Below are positions 30,430-41,026 of a DNA stretch of 64,000 bases, piece by piece. Each line of letters begins with the position of its first letter. Position 1 is the first letter of the stretch. The position numbers and the translations under genes were made by a program. Source of the DNA: a virus; the IMG/VR virus record IMGVR_UViG_3300047552_000145, positions 17,267-81,266 of that record; one strand, 5' to 3'. The notes beneath the pieces were generated by a model. It saw only the letters and a program-made list of their open reading frames with translations. It was not told the origin of the DNA and did not search any database.

Positions 30430-30678
30430 ATGAGTTTAGAAAAAGTTGAGGGATATACCCATCTTAGAAAAGACACCTCCTCTGGAGGTGTCGTAAATAT
30501 TGATAAAAAGTCTTTCGCTTCATATAAGACGCAAAGACTTTTTGCTCTTCAAAAACAAGAAGAAACTAAACATACAATTGATTCTGTAACTAAGTTAGAA
30601 ACAGAAATAAATAATATCAAGAGCGACATGCAAGACATCAAGGTTATGTTGATGTCATTACTAGAAAAAGGTAAATAA
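30430..30678 (+). CDS. Small coiled-coil virion-associated protein
   Basis: KVEGY..L.KD..SG.V.N and a C-terminal heptad repeat. Directly follows the VrlC-like gene. Confidence 0.75.
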   Translation: MSLEKVEGYTHLRKDTSSGGVVNIDKKSFASYKTQRLFALQKQEETKHTIDSVTKLETEINNIKSDMQDIKVMLMSLLEKGK

Positions 30679-31901
30679 TGGCTATCATTCACTTAAGACA
30701 AGATAAAGAAAGACCCCTTACAATTGAAGAGGTTGATTCTAATTTTGATTCTTTAAACCAAGAAGTTGCACAAAAGCTAGATACTGTCACATTCACCGCA
30801 GAAAACATTCTAAATTTATTAGAACCTGTCTCTGGTGTAGATTCAACAGTTGATGCCAAGAAACTTCAAGGATATCTACCAAGCCGAACATCTCAACCAA
30901 ATACCGTTGCAATTAGAGATTCTCTTTCTAACATCTACGCTAACCAGTTTTATGGTGTGCACGTTGGTGCTGTTCTTGGAAACGTTACTGGTAATTTGGT
31001 TGGTACTGTAACAGGTAACGCATCAAACGTTGATGGCGTTGTTCAAATTGAGCACGGTGGTACTGGAGCTTCTAACGTATCTAACGCAAGAAACAACCTT
31101 GGTCTTGGTAACGTGGCTGTTCAAAACAAGAACGCCATTGACATTACTGGCGGTACAATTACTGGTATTACAGATATTACTGTTGCTGATGGTGGTACAG
31201 GAGCTTCAACTGCTTCTGGCGCTCGTTCAAACCTTGGTTTAGTTATTGGTTCTGATGTTCAAGCCTACGCTGCTACTTTGTCAGGTTTGTCTGCAACGAG
31301 CGGTGATGGTTTCTTAATTAGAACTACAACAAACTCTGCGGTTGTTCGTAAGTTTGTTGCGGGTAACTCTATTGACCTTACAAATGCAACTGGTGTTGGT
31401 GGTGATATCAATATTGGCGTCACACTAGCACCTTCATTCAGCAGTATTACTAAAGTTGGCACAAACGGTTCTGGTGACCTTGGCCAAAGTGGTAATCGTT
31501 GGGGTACTATCTGGGCGCAACAACTAGCCCTTGGTCACGGCAATGCCGTTGAAGGTGGCGGCATTTATGCTACTGGTAACATTGTAGCGTATTACTCTGA
31601 TGAAAGATTAAAGACTAAACTCGGAACAATCGAGAATGCTCTTGACAAGATTGAACAACTTGAAGGTTTTTATTACGAGGCTAATGAGACTGCTCAAGAA
31701 CTTGGTTATAAAGCTAAACGAGAAGTTGGCGTTTCTGCTCAAAAGACTCAGGGTGTTCTACCTGAGATTGTACACCCAGCAGCGATTGATAATAAATACT
31801 TAACAGTTGATTATGACCGTTTTGCTCCATTGTTCATCGAAGGTATTAAAGAACTTCGTGCAGAGCTTCGTTCAATCAAGAAACATATTGGGATGGAGTA
31901 A
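30678..31901 (+). CDS. Tail fibre with C-terminal S74 intramolecular chaperone
   Basis: G(N)VTG repeats, GGTGAS..ARxNLGL repeats, and YYSDERLK..I.NAL.K..L.G...VGV.AQ...PE.V...VDY. Confidence 0.88.
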   Translation: MAIIHLRQDKERPLTIEEVDSNFDSLNQEVAQKLDTVTFTAENILNLLEPVSGVDSTVDAKKLQGYLPSRTSQPNTVAIRDSLSNIYANQFYGVHVGAVLGNVTGNLVGTVTGNASNVDGVVQIEHGGTGASNVSNARNNLGLGNVAVQNKNAIDITGGTITGITDITVADGGTGASTASGARSNLGLVIGSDVQAYAATLSGLSATSGDGFLIRTTTNSAVVRKFVAGNSIDLTNATGVGGDINIGVTLAPSFSSITKVGTNGSGDLGQSGNRWGTIWAQQLALGHGNAVEGGGIYATGNIVAYYSDERLKTKLGTIENALDKIEQLEGFYYEANETAQELGYKAKREVGVSAQKTQGVLPEIVHPAAIDNKYLTVDYDRFAPLFIEGIKELRAELRSIKKHIGME

Positions 31902-31904
31902 TAG

Positions 31905-33110
31905 ATGCCATTAATTACCACTCGCGTTACGGCTGCAGCAGACGCAACAGTAAAGGGTTCACCTTTAACAAACGCTGAAATTGACCAGAACTTTATTAAC
32001 CTTAATAATGCTGTTACGGTTTCTGGCGATGCTACTGGTTTTGTAAACAGAACAAGCAGCACAATCACATTTGATGATGTTACTAGAACATTAACGTTGG
32101 CTCCAACTGGCGCGAACTTCACGATCTATTACAAAGGTAAGGCTGTTTTAATAGATGCGCCAAAGACAGTTATCCTTGCCAATGCCAGCGGTTCACATTG
32201 GATTCACTGGGATTATAACCAAGCTAAATTGGTAGACATTGGATCAACCCCAAACATTAAAGATAACTTATTAGTCGCCTACATTTATTGGGACGCTTCT
32301 ACATCATACGCTATTTTCTTTAGCGATGAACGTCACGCTGTATCTAATGACAAAACTTGGCACTACCACCAACACACCAATATTGGTGCTATCTGGAAAT
32401 CTGGCGGTGATATTACTTATACCGTCAACAACCCAAACACTGTTGGTCTTTCATTAGCTTCACCAATCGTTTTAGTTGATGAAGATCTAGAACACAGTAT
32501 TATTCACTCTGAAGTTTCTAGTGGAAATTATGAGCAGGTTCTATCCAGCGTTTCTACTGGTCTTGCTATTCTGCCAGTAATATATCTAAGCGGAACAACA
32601 TATACGCGAGTTGGCGCTGGAACAGAACTTCCATGGTATCCATCAACTACAAGAGGTTTTTATAACCCTATTATTGAAGGTGTTGGTTCTGTAACAGCTT
32701 CTCCAACTGATGATACATATATCGTTTATTGGATTATTGCAACAAACGATATGAGAGCTCCTATCAAAATGGTGATGGGTAGAAATATTTGGACAACATA
32801 TGCTGAAGCAGAAACCGAGAACTTTGATTCTTATGGTTTGCCTATGCCAGAAATTGCCCCAATGTATAAGGTAGTCCTGAAGACCCGTTCTTCTTATACT
32901 CAAAACTTAGCTCGTGTAAATATCGTGGCTATTAGAGAATTGATGGGTAAACAAAATACTAGATCTAACTCGTTTGATACATTATCTCATGACGCTTTAT
33001 CTGATAGATTCTTAGCAGATCAACACAGTATTTCTTCAATCACTGGTCTTCAAACTCAACTTGATAGTGTTTCTGGCGCTTCTGTTGCCATGGCTATCGC
33101 ATTAGGATAA
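31905..33110 (+). CDS. Tail fibre / structural protein ending in AMAIALG
   Basis: N-terminal KGSPLTNAEIDQNF and C-terminal H..SSITGLQT.L...AVAMAIALG. Confidence 0.75.
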   Translation: MPLITTRVTAAADATVKGSPLTNAEIDQNFINLNNAVTVSGDATGFVNRTSSTITFDDVTRTLTLAPTGANFTIYYKGKAVLIDAPKTVILANASGSHWIHWDYNQAKLVDIGSTPNIKDNLLVAYIYWDASTSYAIFFSDERHAVSNDKTWHYHQHTNIGAIWKSGGDITYTVNNPNTVGLSLASPIVLVDEDLEHSIIHSEVSSGNYEQVLSSVSTGLAILPVIYLSGTTYTRVGAGTELPWYPSTTRGFYNPIIEGVGSVTASPTDDTYIVYWIIATNDMRAPIKMVMGRNIWTTYAEAETENFDSYGLPMPEIAPMYKVVLKTRSSYTQNLARVNIVAIRELMGKQNTRSNSFDTLSHDALSDRFLADQHSISSITGLQTQLDSVSGASVAMAIALG

Positions 33111-33116
33111 TAAATA
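33109..33116 (+). promoter_or_regulatory. Late promoter (AATAAATA)
   Basis: Core motif 5 nt before ATG 33122. Confidence 0.55.
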
Positions 33117-33121
33117 AAGTT

Positions 33122-33439
33122 ATGGCTAATACATTCAAATCTTATCTTGCTTCCTCAGTAACAACACAGACTACTGTGTTAACTGGCGGAATTGCTACAC
33201 AAACAACGTTGATCGGTCTTTCTCTGGCTAATACTACAACTGGCGCTGCGTCAGTATCAGTTGTATTAAGCAGAACTTCTGTTGACTATCACGTAATTAA
33301 AGGTGCCGTTGTTCCTGCCGCCGATACTCTAGTTTTATATGGCGGTGACCAAAAATTGGTTCTACAATCAGGAGATGTTTTAAAGGTGACTTCTTCTGCA
33401 GCGGTTGACGTTATCGCATCAGTACTAGAGGTGAATTAA
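33122..33439 (+). CDS. Small beta-sandwich fibre adaptor (MANTFK type)
   Basis: MANTFK...IGLSLAN...K.VL..GD.L.V....DV..S.LE. Follows the AMAIALG protein. Confidence 0.75.
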   Translation: MANTFKSYLASSVTTQTTVLTGGIATQTTLIGLSLANTTTGAASVSVVLSRTSVDYHVIKGAVVPAADTLVLYGGDQKLVLQSGDVLKVTSSAAVDVIASVLEVN

Positions 33440-34407
33440 TGGGTTTACTTTCTGGCAGCGGAGCAGCCGCATATAAAAGCGTTGATAGAACAAACTTTAC
33501 AGCCACTGCTGGGCAAACTACATTCACTTTATCGCAAGGATATGCTGTTGGTGATGTCGATGTTTTCTTGAATGGTGTAAAGTTATTGGAAGGTGACGAC
33601 TATTTTGCAACTAACGGCTTTAGTATTGTATTGAACTCAGCAGCTGGTGTTGGAGACTTTGTCCAAGTTGTATCATATAACCAGTTCAACGTTGCGAATG
33701 CATATACAAAATCTGAAGCTGACACACGTTATATGGTTGCTACTGGTCAGACTCCAATGCAGTCATACTTAAGATCCCCCAATTATGGTGTTTCATCTTG
33801 GTCTGATACTGATTCTGTTTCGTTAGAAGCTAGTCAAGGTTCTGGTACACAGGGTGTATCTGTAAAAGCATGGGGTCGCTCTATGCCAACCTATGGTGGA
33901 GATGTACATTACGTTACTGACACCAGAGGAGTTTCTGGTTCTCATAGGTTTTATGGGTGGTCTGGAACAACATGGACTGAATATGCTAGAATTGATTCTT
34001 CTGGTAGATTAGCGGTCGCTAACCAACCTATCGCGTCAGTTAGTTATGGCGGTACTGATATTGCCGCAACTAACATTATTCAGTTAAACAATAGACCGAT
34101 TACTCGTGGCGGTATGGTTATCGCTAACAACAGAATAACTGTACCAGTTTCTGGCGTTTATATTGTTGGTTATCATCATCTAGCAACTTCTAACGGTTGT
34201 CAAGTTTCTATAAGAGTTAATGGCGTTGATATTAATGGTGGCGGTGGTTCTAGAACTCAAGGGCATGCTCCAACAAATCACGATAACTTCTCGGTTCAAA
34301 ACCCTGTTTATATAAACGCAAATGAATACATAGAATTTTATGTAATTAACTCAACCGTACATGGTAATGCTGATTATAATAGAATGTATGCATATTTGGT
34401 AAGTTAA
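33439..34407 (+). CDS. Tail fibre/adhesin with N-terminal Ig-like domain and C1q-like tip
   Basis: TATAGQTTF..Y..G.VDVFLNGVKL..DY.ATNG domain and RITVPVSGVY C1q-like motif. Confidence 0.72.
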   Translation: MGLLSGSGAAAYKSVDRTNFTATAGQTTFTLSQGYAVGDVDVFLNGVKLLEGDDYFATNGFSIVLNSAAGVGDFVQVVSYNQFNVANAYTKSEADTRYMVATGQTPMQSYLRSPNYGVSSWSDTDSVSLEASQGSGTQGVSVKAWGRSMPTYGGDVHYVTDTRGVSGSHRFYGWSGTTWTEYARIDSSGRLAVANQPIASVSYGGTDIAATNIIQLNNRPITRGGMVIANNRITVPVSGVYIVGYHHLATSNGCQVSIRVNGVDINGGGGSRTQGHAPTNHDNFSVQNPVYINANEYIEFYVINSTVHGNADYNRMYAYLVS

Positions 34408-34415
34408 GGATAAAA

Positions 34416-34694
34416 ATGAAACAATATACAATAACTCTAACAGATGCAGAAGACAAAGCACTATCTGTATTTGTAGCTGACCAGAATGAGTGGATTCAAA
34501 ATGCAGTTCACGCTAGATGTTATCTGGCGATTGAAGAATTAGTACAAGCTGAAGTACAACGCAAACTAACACTCGGCGAGCCAATCACTGGTACTAAAGA
34601 CGATATCGTTCTTGCGACAGAGGTCGAAACTGCTGCTGAACGACAAGCTCGTTTGGAAGAAGAATTCAGACAGTTTCAAGAACAACAAGGATAA
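34416..34694 (+). CDS. Small partner/assembly protein
   Basis: 92 aa with AAGGA SD, directly after the C1q-tip fibre gene. Confidence 0.7.
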   Translation: MKQYTITLTDAEDKALSVFVADQNEWIQNAVHARCYLAIEELVQAEVQRKLTLGEPITGTKDDIVLATEVETAAERQARLEEEFRQFQEQQG

Positions 34695-34698
34695 TTAA

Positions 34699-35256
34699 AT
34701 GAGTAATGCTCGTAACCTTGCCAGGTTGTTACCAAACGCAGCTGGACAAATACCTTCTGCTAATTTACAAGATAGTTCTATCATTTCTTCTAAGATAGCA
34801 TCACAAGCTATCTTACCAGCAAACATGACAGCCAGCGCGATCGTTGGTTTTGTAAAATATGAAGATCATCCAAGCAATGATAATTATACTTTAATTGCAG
34901 CAGATACAGATTACCAAACTGCGGTGAGCATTACATATGCCCCAAAGTTTTCAAACAGTCTTATCTTGATACACGCAGAACATCAAGTTCGTATTATCAA
35001 CGCTCTTGGCGGAACTCTTGGTATTAAACGCGATGGCTCATATGTCAATGGTTCAAATCTAAGAAGTAGTTTAGCATTTGTGTATAAAGGAGACTCGGTA
35101 AACCACCACTATCAATTAGCGTGCGAAACAGTAGTCCCTGCTAACAACACTGCATCTACAACTTTTACTTTATGGTTTACACCTTATGGTGGCACAGGCG
35201 AAGTTAACAACGGATGGGGTAATAGAATTATGTGGTTGATGGAGATTAAACAATGA
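34699..35256 (+). CDS. Short fibre/adhesin
   Basis: MSNARNLARL N-terminus, short shaft repeats, and a beta-sandwich tip ending LMEIK. Confidence 0.7.
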   Translation: MSNARNLARLLPNAAGQIPSANLQDSSIISSKIASQAILPANMTASAIVGFVKYEDHPSNDNYTLIAADTDYQTAVSITYAPKFSNSLILIHAEHQVRIINALGGTLGIKRDGSYVNGSNLRSSLAFVYKGDSVNHHYQLACETVVPANNTASTTFTLWFTPYGGTGEVNNGWGNRIMWLMEIKQ

Positions 35257-35552
35257 AATATATTGCCAAAGCTATTGAATCGCTTGCGCCAAATTCTAAA
35301 TGGATTCTACACGAAAGCGACTTGAATAAACTTGAGTGGGTTGAGTGTTCTAAAAAACCAACTAAACAACAAATTATTGACGAGTCGATTAGATTAGAAG
35401 AACTCGATAAGCAAAACGAGTACAGAACATTAAGATCTAAAGAATATCCATCTATCGGTGATCAATTAGATGCCCTTTTTAAAGCTGGTGTATTCCCAGA
35501 AGAAATGGCTGCACAAATCCAAGCGATCAAAGATAAATATCCAAAACAATAA
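35253..35552 (+). CDS. Tail-fibre partner/assembly protein
   Basis: Y...R..EYPSIGDQLDALF...I.AIKDKYPK. ATGA overlap with the upstream gene. Confidence 0.75.
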   Translation: MKYIAKAIESLAPNSKWILHESDLNKLEWVECSKKPTKQQIIDESIRLEELDKQNEYRTLRSKEYPSIGDQLDALFKAGVFPEEMAAQIQAIKDKYPKQ

Positions 35553-35564
35553 TGGAAAAATAAC

Positions 35565-36971
35565 ATGGCATTGTTAACAGGTCAATCAGCCCCTAAGTTC
35601 TCCCAATACACATCTGATCAATTCGCTGGTAATGGAACAACTACTACATTCACTTTATCTAGAGTACCACCATCAGCAGCTTCGTTGATAGTCACGATTG
35701 ATGGTGTAAAACAACACACATCAACATATTCAATTGGTAGTGGACAGGTTTCCTTCACGGAAGCGCCACCTGCTGGATCTTCTATTGAGTGTATTGCTCT
35801 AACTGCTTCTGGTCTCACTATCACCCCAGCAGACTCGAGCGTTTCTTCTGCATCTATCGTTAATGGTAACGTCACTGTTCAAAAATATGACGTTGCAAAC
35901 TCTAATGGTACTGGGGCTATGGTAATTCCTTCTGGTACTAACGCTCAACGACCAGGAAACACTATTGGTTATTTCCGCCACAATGTTGATCGTAAAGCCA
36001 TTGAATTTAACGATGGTACTGGGTGGCAAGTTGTAAAGAGTTTAGTAAATACAACTGGCGGTACTGTCGTAGAAACTCCAACTTATAGACTACATGCTTT
36101 CTTATCCAGCGGAACATTCTACACAGATACTGCAATGAACGTAGACGTTCTATTGGTAGGCGGTGGTGGTGCTGGTGGTCAAGGTTATGGTGACCAAGAT
36201 ACTGGTAAAGGTGGCGGTGGTGCTGGTGGTGTTGTTTATAAACAAGGTCACTCTATCACTGCAGGGTCATACCCGATTATTGTCGGTGCTGGTGGTGCTG
36301 GTCGTAGTCACGGGTGGAACAGCGCAACAACTTCTGGTATGAAGGGTGATAATTCCATAGCGTTCGGTGTGACTGCTCTTGGCGGTGGTGGTGGCGGTGC
36401 TTCTGATAATTATGCTGCTCCGACATCTGGTGGTTCTGGTGGTGGTGGCGGTGCAAGAAACGGTACTGATTCCAACACTCAAGGTGCGGCTTCAATTCAA
36501 ACCACCTTTGCTGGTTGGACAACCAAAGGTAACTCTGGTGGTTATGGTGGCGGTAACGGTAACTATGGCGGTGCTGGTGGTGGTGGTGCTGGTGGCGTGG
36601 GTGGAACACCTGTTGTTTCTGTAAACAACTCTACTGGCGGCAATGGTGGTATCGGCGTTGACTTATCTGGCATCTTCGGCAATTGGTTTGGTGAAGGTGG
36701 TTGGTTCGGTGGAGGTGGCGGTGGTGGAAGCTATTCTACTTCTGCGTTGTTAGCACAAAGCTCAGGTGGTCAAGGTGGCGGTGGTAATGGCGTTTCAGCC
36801 AGAGAATATTCAGCTGGCGCTGGTGTTTTCAGCATCAACAGAATCAACGGTCTACCAGGAACTGGCGGCGGAGGTGGTGGTGCCTCTGAAGATGCTGCTC
36901 TAAAAGCATGGTGGGGTTCTTGCTCTGGTTCTGGTGGATCAGGTATTGTACTAGTAAAAGTTTATCTATAA
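35565..36971 (+). CDS. Glycine-rich adhesin/fibre
   Basis: N-terminal F.GNGTTTTFTLS..V.IDGVKQ domain, P.GT.AQRP linker, and a long polyglycine-rich C-domain (LVGGGGAGG...GSGGSGIVLV). Confidence 0.78.
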   Translation: MALLTGQSAPKFSQYTSDQFAGNGTTTTFTLSRVPPSAASLIVTIDGVKQHTSTYSIGSGQVSFTEAPPAGSSIECIALTASGLTITPADSSVSSASIVNGNVTVQKYDVANSNGTGAMVIPSGTNAQRPGNTIGYFRHNVDRKAIEFNDGTGWQVVKSLVNTTGGTVVETPTYRLHAFLSSGTFYTDTAMNVDVLLVGGGGAGGQGYGDQDTGKGGGGAGGVVYKQGHSITAGSYPIIVGAGGAGRSHGWNSATTSGMKGDNSIAFGVTALGGGGGGASDNYAAPTSGGSGGGGGARNGTDSNTQGAASIQTTFAGWTTKGNSGGYGGGNGNYGGAGGGGAGGVGGTPVVSVNNSTGGNGGIGVDLSGIFGNWFGEGGWFGGGGGGGSYSTSALLAQSSGGQGGGGNGVSAREYSAGAGVFSINRINGLPGTGGGGGGASEDAALKAWWGSCSGSGGSGIVLVKVYL

Positions 36972-36980
36972 GGTTAGAAC

Positions 36981-37295
36981 ATGGCACATTTCGCAAAAGT
37001 TGAAAATGGAATTGTTACACAGGTTATTGTAGCTGAACAGGATTTTATTGATAGTGGAGCAGTTGGTAATCCATCGATGTGGATTAAGACTTCTTATAAT
37101 ACCCATGGTGGAGAATATTTTAACAACTTCACAAAGTCTGTAGAAGGGCAAGGTCTCCGTAAGAATTTTGCAGCAGTAGGTTACACGTATGATAAAGACC
37201 TAGACGCATTTATCCCACCAAGACCTTCCGAAGAAGCTACTCTAAATTTACAAACATGCTTATGGGAACTCCCAGAAGAACCAAAAAATAATTAA
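36981..37295 (+). CDS. Small partner protein of the glycine-rich adhesin
   Basis: MAHFAKV.NG.V.QVIVA, W.KTSYN, RKNFA..GYTYD...DAFIPP. Confidence 0.75.
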   Translation: MAHFAKVENGIVTQVIVAEQDFIDSGAVGNPSMWIKTSYNTHGGEYFNNFTKSVEGQGLRKNFAAVGYTYDKDLDAFIPPRPSEEATLNLQTCLWELPEEPKNN

Positions 37296-37303
37296 GGTAA
37301 ACC

Positions 37304-37756
37304 ATGGCACTTACAAAGGCATCATCTGGAGTTTTAACTCCAAACCCACAAACTAACTCAGTTGGCGTTGGAACTGCAGCTTCAGGCACTGCTGGTGAGA
37401 TTAGAGCAACCAATCAGATCACTGCATTCTATTCTGATAAAAGATTGAAGACTGAAGTTGAACAGATTAAGAACGCTTTAGAAAAAATCGAACAGTTAAC
37501 TGGAGTGGTTTATACACAGAACAAATTAGCTGAGAAGTTTGGTTATAACAACTATGAAGAACAGGTTGGTCTTTATGCTCAAGACGTAAAGAAAGTTCAA
37601 CCTCAAGCCGTCAAACCTGCTCCATTTGATATTGCAGAAGACGGTTCTAGCAAGTCTGGTGAAAACTATATGACTGTTCAGTATGATCGTTTGATTCCAT
37701 TAATCGTAGAAGCAATTAAAGAACTAAAAGAACGAGTTGATAAGTTAGGAGCATAA
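37304..37756 (+). CDS. Minimal fibre peptide plus S74 intramolecular chaperone
   Basis: GVGTAASGTAGEIRATNQITAFY-SDKRLK...NAL.K...L.G...VG..AQ...P.AV..AP.D....YD.L.P. Confidence 0.82.
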   Translation: MALTKASSGVLTPNPQTNSVGVGTAASGTAGEIRATNQITAFYSDKRLKTEVEQIKNALEKIEQLTGVVYTQNKLAEKFGYNNYEEQVGLYAQDVKKVQPQAVKPAPFDIAEDGSSKSGENYMTVQYDRLIPLIVEAIKELKERVDKLGA

Positions 37757-37757
37757 A

Positions 37758-38423
37758 ATGTCCGTAACTTTAACTAATACTGGCATCACCTTCAGTGATG
37801 CTTCAGCACAAAACACTAAGGTAGATACTACCACAGACTCTGGTAGCCTCATCAAAATTGATACCTATACTTCTGGCACTTCCACTTGGTATAAACCAGC
37901 TGGTTGCAAGAAAGTTATGGTTCAAGTTTTAGGTGGTGGCGGTGGAGGCGCATATCATTGCGAGTCTGGCGGTGGCGGAGGATATGCCGAGAAAGTCATT
38001 GACGTCTCTGCTGTTAATGCAGTTTCTGTTACTGTTGGTGGTGGCGGTGGTAGTGTCGTTTACTACGCAGCTGGTGGCAATGGTGGTACTTCTTCGTTTG
38101 GTTCTTATGTTTCAGCCTCTGGTGGATACGGTGCCAACCAACACGTCGCTCATACTGGCGGACACGGTGGTTATGGTAGTAATGGAGATATTAACGTCTA
38201 CGGTGGTACTGGTACTGGACATGGTTCTAGTGGTTCTAGAAGTGCTATCGGACGTGGAGGCGAAACATTTTTTGGTACTGGACACTCAGTATCTCACAAT
38301 GCAAACTATGGTGCAGTTGGCTACTCTGCCCCAGGAGCAGGTGGCGCTGGTGGACCATCAAATGGTGGTTGGTATGGCTCATCTGGTGCAGCTGGCATCG
38401 TTGTAGTTTATTCATATACATAA
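37758..38423 (+). CDS. Glycine-rich adhesin (paralogue A)
   Basis: GITFSD..Q N-terminus, W.KP.GC.KV.V.V.GGGGG..CESGGGGGYAEK, G.VVVY end. Confidence 0.78.
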   Translation: MSVTLTNTGITFSDASAQNTKVDTTTDSGSLIKIDTYTSGTSTWYKPAGCKKVMVQVLGGGGGGAYHCESGGGGGYAEKVIDVSAVNAVSVTVGGGGGSVVYYAAGGNGGTSSFGSYVSASGGYGANQHVAHTGGHGGYGSNGDINVYGGTGTGHGSSGSRSAIGRGGETFFGTGHSVSHNANYGAVGYSAPGAGGAGGPSNGGWYGSSGAAGIVVVYSYT

Positions 38424-41026
38424 GGTATGTATGGCAATAACATTTGGTAAATCAGAAATAACTATCCCACAAAAAGCTCTATGTGTTCATTTGGATGCAG
38501 GGAACCCTGCATCATATCCAGGAGCAGATGGTGGTGGAACAACTTGGTATGATCTAAGCGGTCTTAATAATAACTTTAAAGTAGATGCCCGTGCGTATAA
38601 TCCATCTGGCGTTAAGTACATGGACTTTACTGGTCAGTATGGTTTAGCAAAATCAGCTAACCCAAACGATGTAGGTATTGTTGGTAAAGAACAAGGAAAC
38701 GCAACTATTATTGTTTGGACACGTATTTTAAATAATACAACCAACTGGAGAACTCTAATTAGAGGTGCGACTAGTACCAGCGATCATCACATTATATGCG
38801 GTGGACCATCAACACCAGGGTGGTTGATTGGTATGTATGACAACCAAAACGGTTCTGGTTTTAATAGCACTGGTTATAGTCAACAAAGTTTACCCAACTA
38901 TGGAACATCTAACTGGGTTATGATGATTTTCCGATTCGGGTCAAGCGCACCAACTCTTAGATTAAGTTTAAATGACACACCAGGAACTATTGTTGGTTCA
39001 AACAATTCCAACAACGCTGCATTTAAATATGGGTTTAATTCCCTCGGCGGTTATGGTAATAATAACGCCAACGCCAATCCATTAGATGGTGGTCAGTATT
39101 GGGGTGACATTGCTTGGTTTGCTTGTTGGAATAGACAACTAACGGACGCTGAGTGTTTACAAGTTTACAATGCAACAAGCCCTAGATTTCATGGAACTAC
39201 TCAACAATATCAAGGTAAAGTTACATATCAAGATTCAACAGATCAAGTAAATACTGGCGGGTTGTCTAGAGGTGAAATTATTTCCATCACTTCATATGCA
39301 TCTCCTGGGACATTTACTTGGACAAAACCAGAAGGTTGTACCAAAATTACAGTTAAGGTAACTGGTGGTGGTGGTGGAGCAGCTGGATATTGTGAATCTG
39401 GTGGTGGTGGTGGCTACGCTGAGAAAGAAATTGACGCAACAAACTTGACAACAGTTTCTGTCACAGTTGGCAGTGGTGGTAATAGTGTTGGATATTATAC
39501 TGGTGCAGGTAATGGTGGAACTAGTTCTTTTGGTTCTTATGTTTCTGCTTCTGGCGGATACGGTGCCAACCAAAACTACAGTCACTCTGGTGGTGCTGGT
39601 GGTGTGGGTTCAGGTGGACAGATCAACTTATATGGTGGTGGTGGCACTGGACACGCCAATAGCCATGGCTACTACCCAGGAGGCACTGGAGGTGGCTCGT
39701 TCTGGGGTGGTTCTTCTGCCGTCCGAAGAGATACAACTTCTAATAAATTGTATACAGGCGCATGGGGTTCTGGTGGACCAGGTGGTCGCACTGATGATGG
39801 TGGCGGTGGTAGCACTGCATATGGTGAGAACGGTATCGTTGTAGTTTACGCTTATAAGTAATAATATGCCAGTACAACTTAAAAAATTAAACAATCTGAA
39901 CTTGCTCGATTTGTCTACTTGGACAGTTGGGCAAAACACAGTTGCAAACTTTCCAATCAACGGCGCAATTGCAGAGAACAATAGAATCTATGACACTGGT
40001 CCATATGGTCAATCTGTTTTAGTTTGGGGCACATACCCAACTGGTGGTAGTGATGCCGATGGTGGTTGGGAAGGTACATACGTTATGATAGATAACACTA
40101 AAACATACAGATATTCTGTATGGGTTAGAAGAACATCTAGCACTAGCGCTGGTACTTTCTATATGGGGTGCCATTCTAATGGTTCTGGAGACGTATATGG
40201 TCTTCACGATGGCGCATCAAATACTAATCCATATTTTGATTATAGAAGCACAAGCTATTTTAGTCAAAACCAGTGGTATCTAGTTGTTGGTCACATCTTT
40301 CCGCATACTACTCCAACTGGCACTGCACCGCATAACGATACTGGTATTTGGACTAAAAAGGGTGGTAAGATTTTCGGCAATCAAGGAAATATTCCTTGGG
40401 ATTGTAAATGGAGTCCTTCTGCAAATGCTGGTATGCACAGAACATACCACTATTACTGTGGTGATACAACAACACGCTTACAATTCTACTCTCCAAGGAT
40501 AGAATTGGTTGACGGCAATCAACCAACTATTGAACACCTGTTAAACATAGATTTAACAAATCCATCAGTTCAACCAGAAGCTATTGTTTATAGCGACGGC
40601 ACACCACAGGCTACTTCTGCAAACACCCCAACTAAAGATCACGGAGAGATTATCTCGATGTCATCTTATACTTCATCTGGAACATATACTTGGACCAGAC
40701 CAACTAACTGCACTAAAGTTTTAGTTAAGGTTGTTGGTGGCGGTGGTGGAGCAGCTGGATATTGTGAATCTGGTGGTGCTGGTGGTTATGCAGAAAAGTT
40801 AATCAGCGTAGAGAACGTGAATAGCGTAACAGTAACAGTTGGCGGAGGTGGTAGCAACACAGGTTATTACGCAGCAGCTGGTAATGGTGGTACTTCTTCA
40901 TTCGGTTCTTATGTTTCTGCTTCTGGTGGTTATGGTTCTAACCAGAACATCAGCCACACGGGTGGTTATGGTGGTGTGGGTTCAGGTGGCGATATTAACT
41001 TGTATGGTGGTGGTGGCACTGGACAC
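38068..41026 (+). repeat. Three dispersed paralogous repeats encoding the Gly-rich domain (~37860-38420, ~39270-39860, ~40640-41220)
   Basis: Identical blocks include 37 bp at 39370-39406 = 40742-40778 and 24 bp at 39631-39654 = 41003-41026. GNGGTSSFGSYVSASGGYG is in all three proteins. Confidence 0.85.
38431..39861 (+). CDS. LamG/concanavalin-like domain plus glycine-rich adhesin (paralogue B)
   Basis: HLDAGNPASYPG..WYDLSG...WNR.LT..E..Q.YN (LamG-like) followed by the same Gly-rich domain. Confidence 0.78.
   Translation: MAITFGKSEITIPQKALCVHLDAGNPASYPGADGGGTTWYDLSGLNNNFKVDARAYNPSGVKYMDFTGQYGLAKSANPNDVGIVGKEQGNATIIVWTRILNNTTNWRTLIRGATSTSDHHIICGGPSTPGWLIGMYDNQNGSGFNSTGYSQQSLPNYGTSNWVMMIFRFGSSAPTLRLSLNDTPGTIVGSNNSNNAAFKYGFNSLGGYGNNNANANPLDGGQYWGDIAWFACWNRQLTDAECLQVYNATSPRFHGTTQQYQGKVTYQDSTDQVNTGGLSRGEIISITSYASPGTFTWTKPEGCTKITVKVTGGGGGAAGYCESGGGGGYAEKEIDATNLTTVSVTVGSGGNSVGYYTGAGNGGTSSFGSYVSASGGYGANQNYSHSGGAGGVGSGGQINLYGGGGTGHANSHGYYPGGTGGGSFWGGSSAVRRDTTSNKLYTGAWGSGGPGGRTDDGGGGSTAYGENGIVVVYAYK

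Noticed and set aside
36277-36624. His/Gln-rich and Val-rich alternative-frame ORFs (also 37933, 39467, 40839)
   Set aside because: They are by-products of GGT repeats in the polyglycine adhesin genes.
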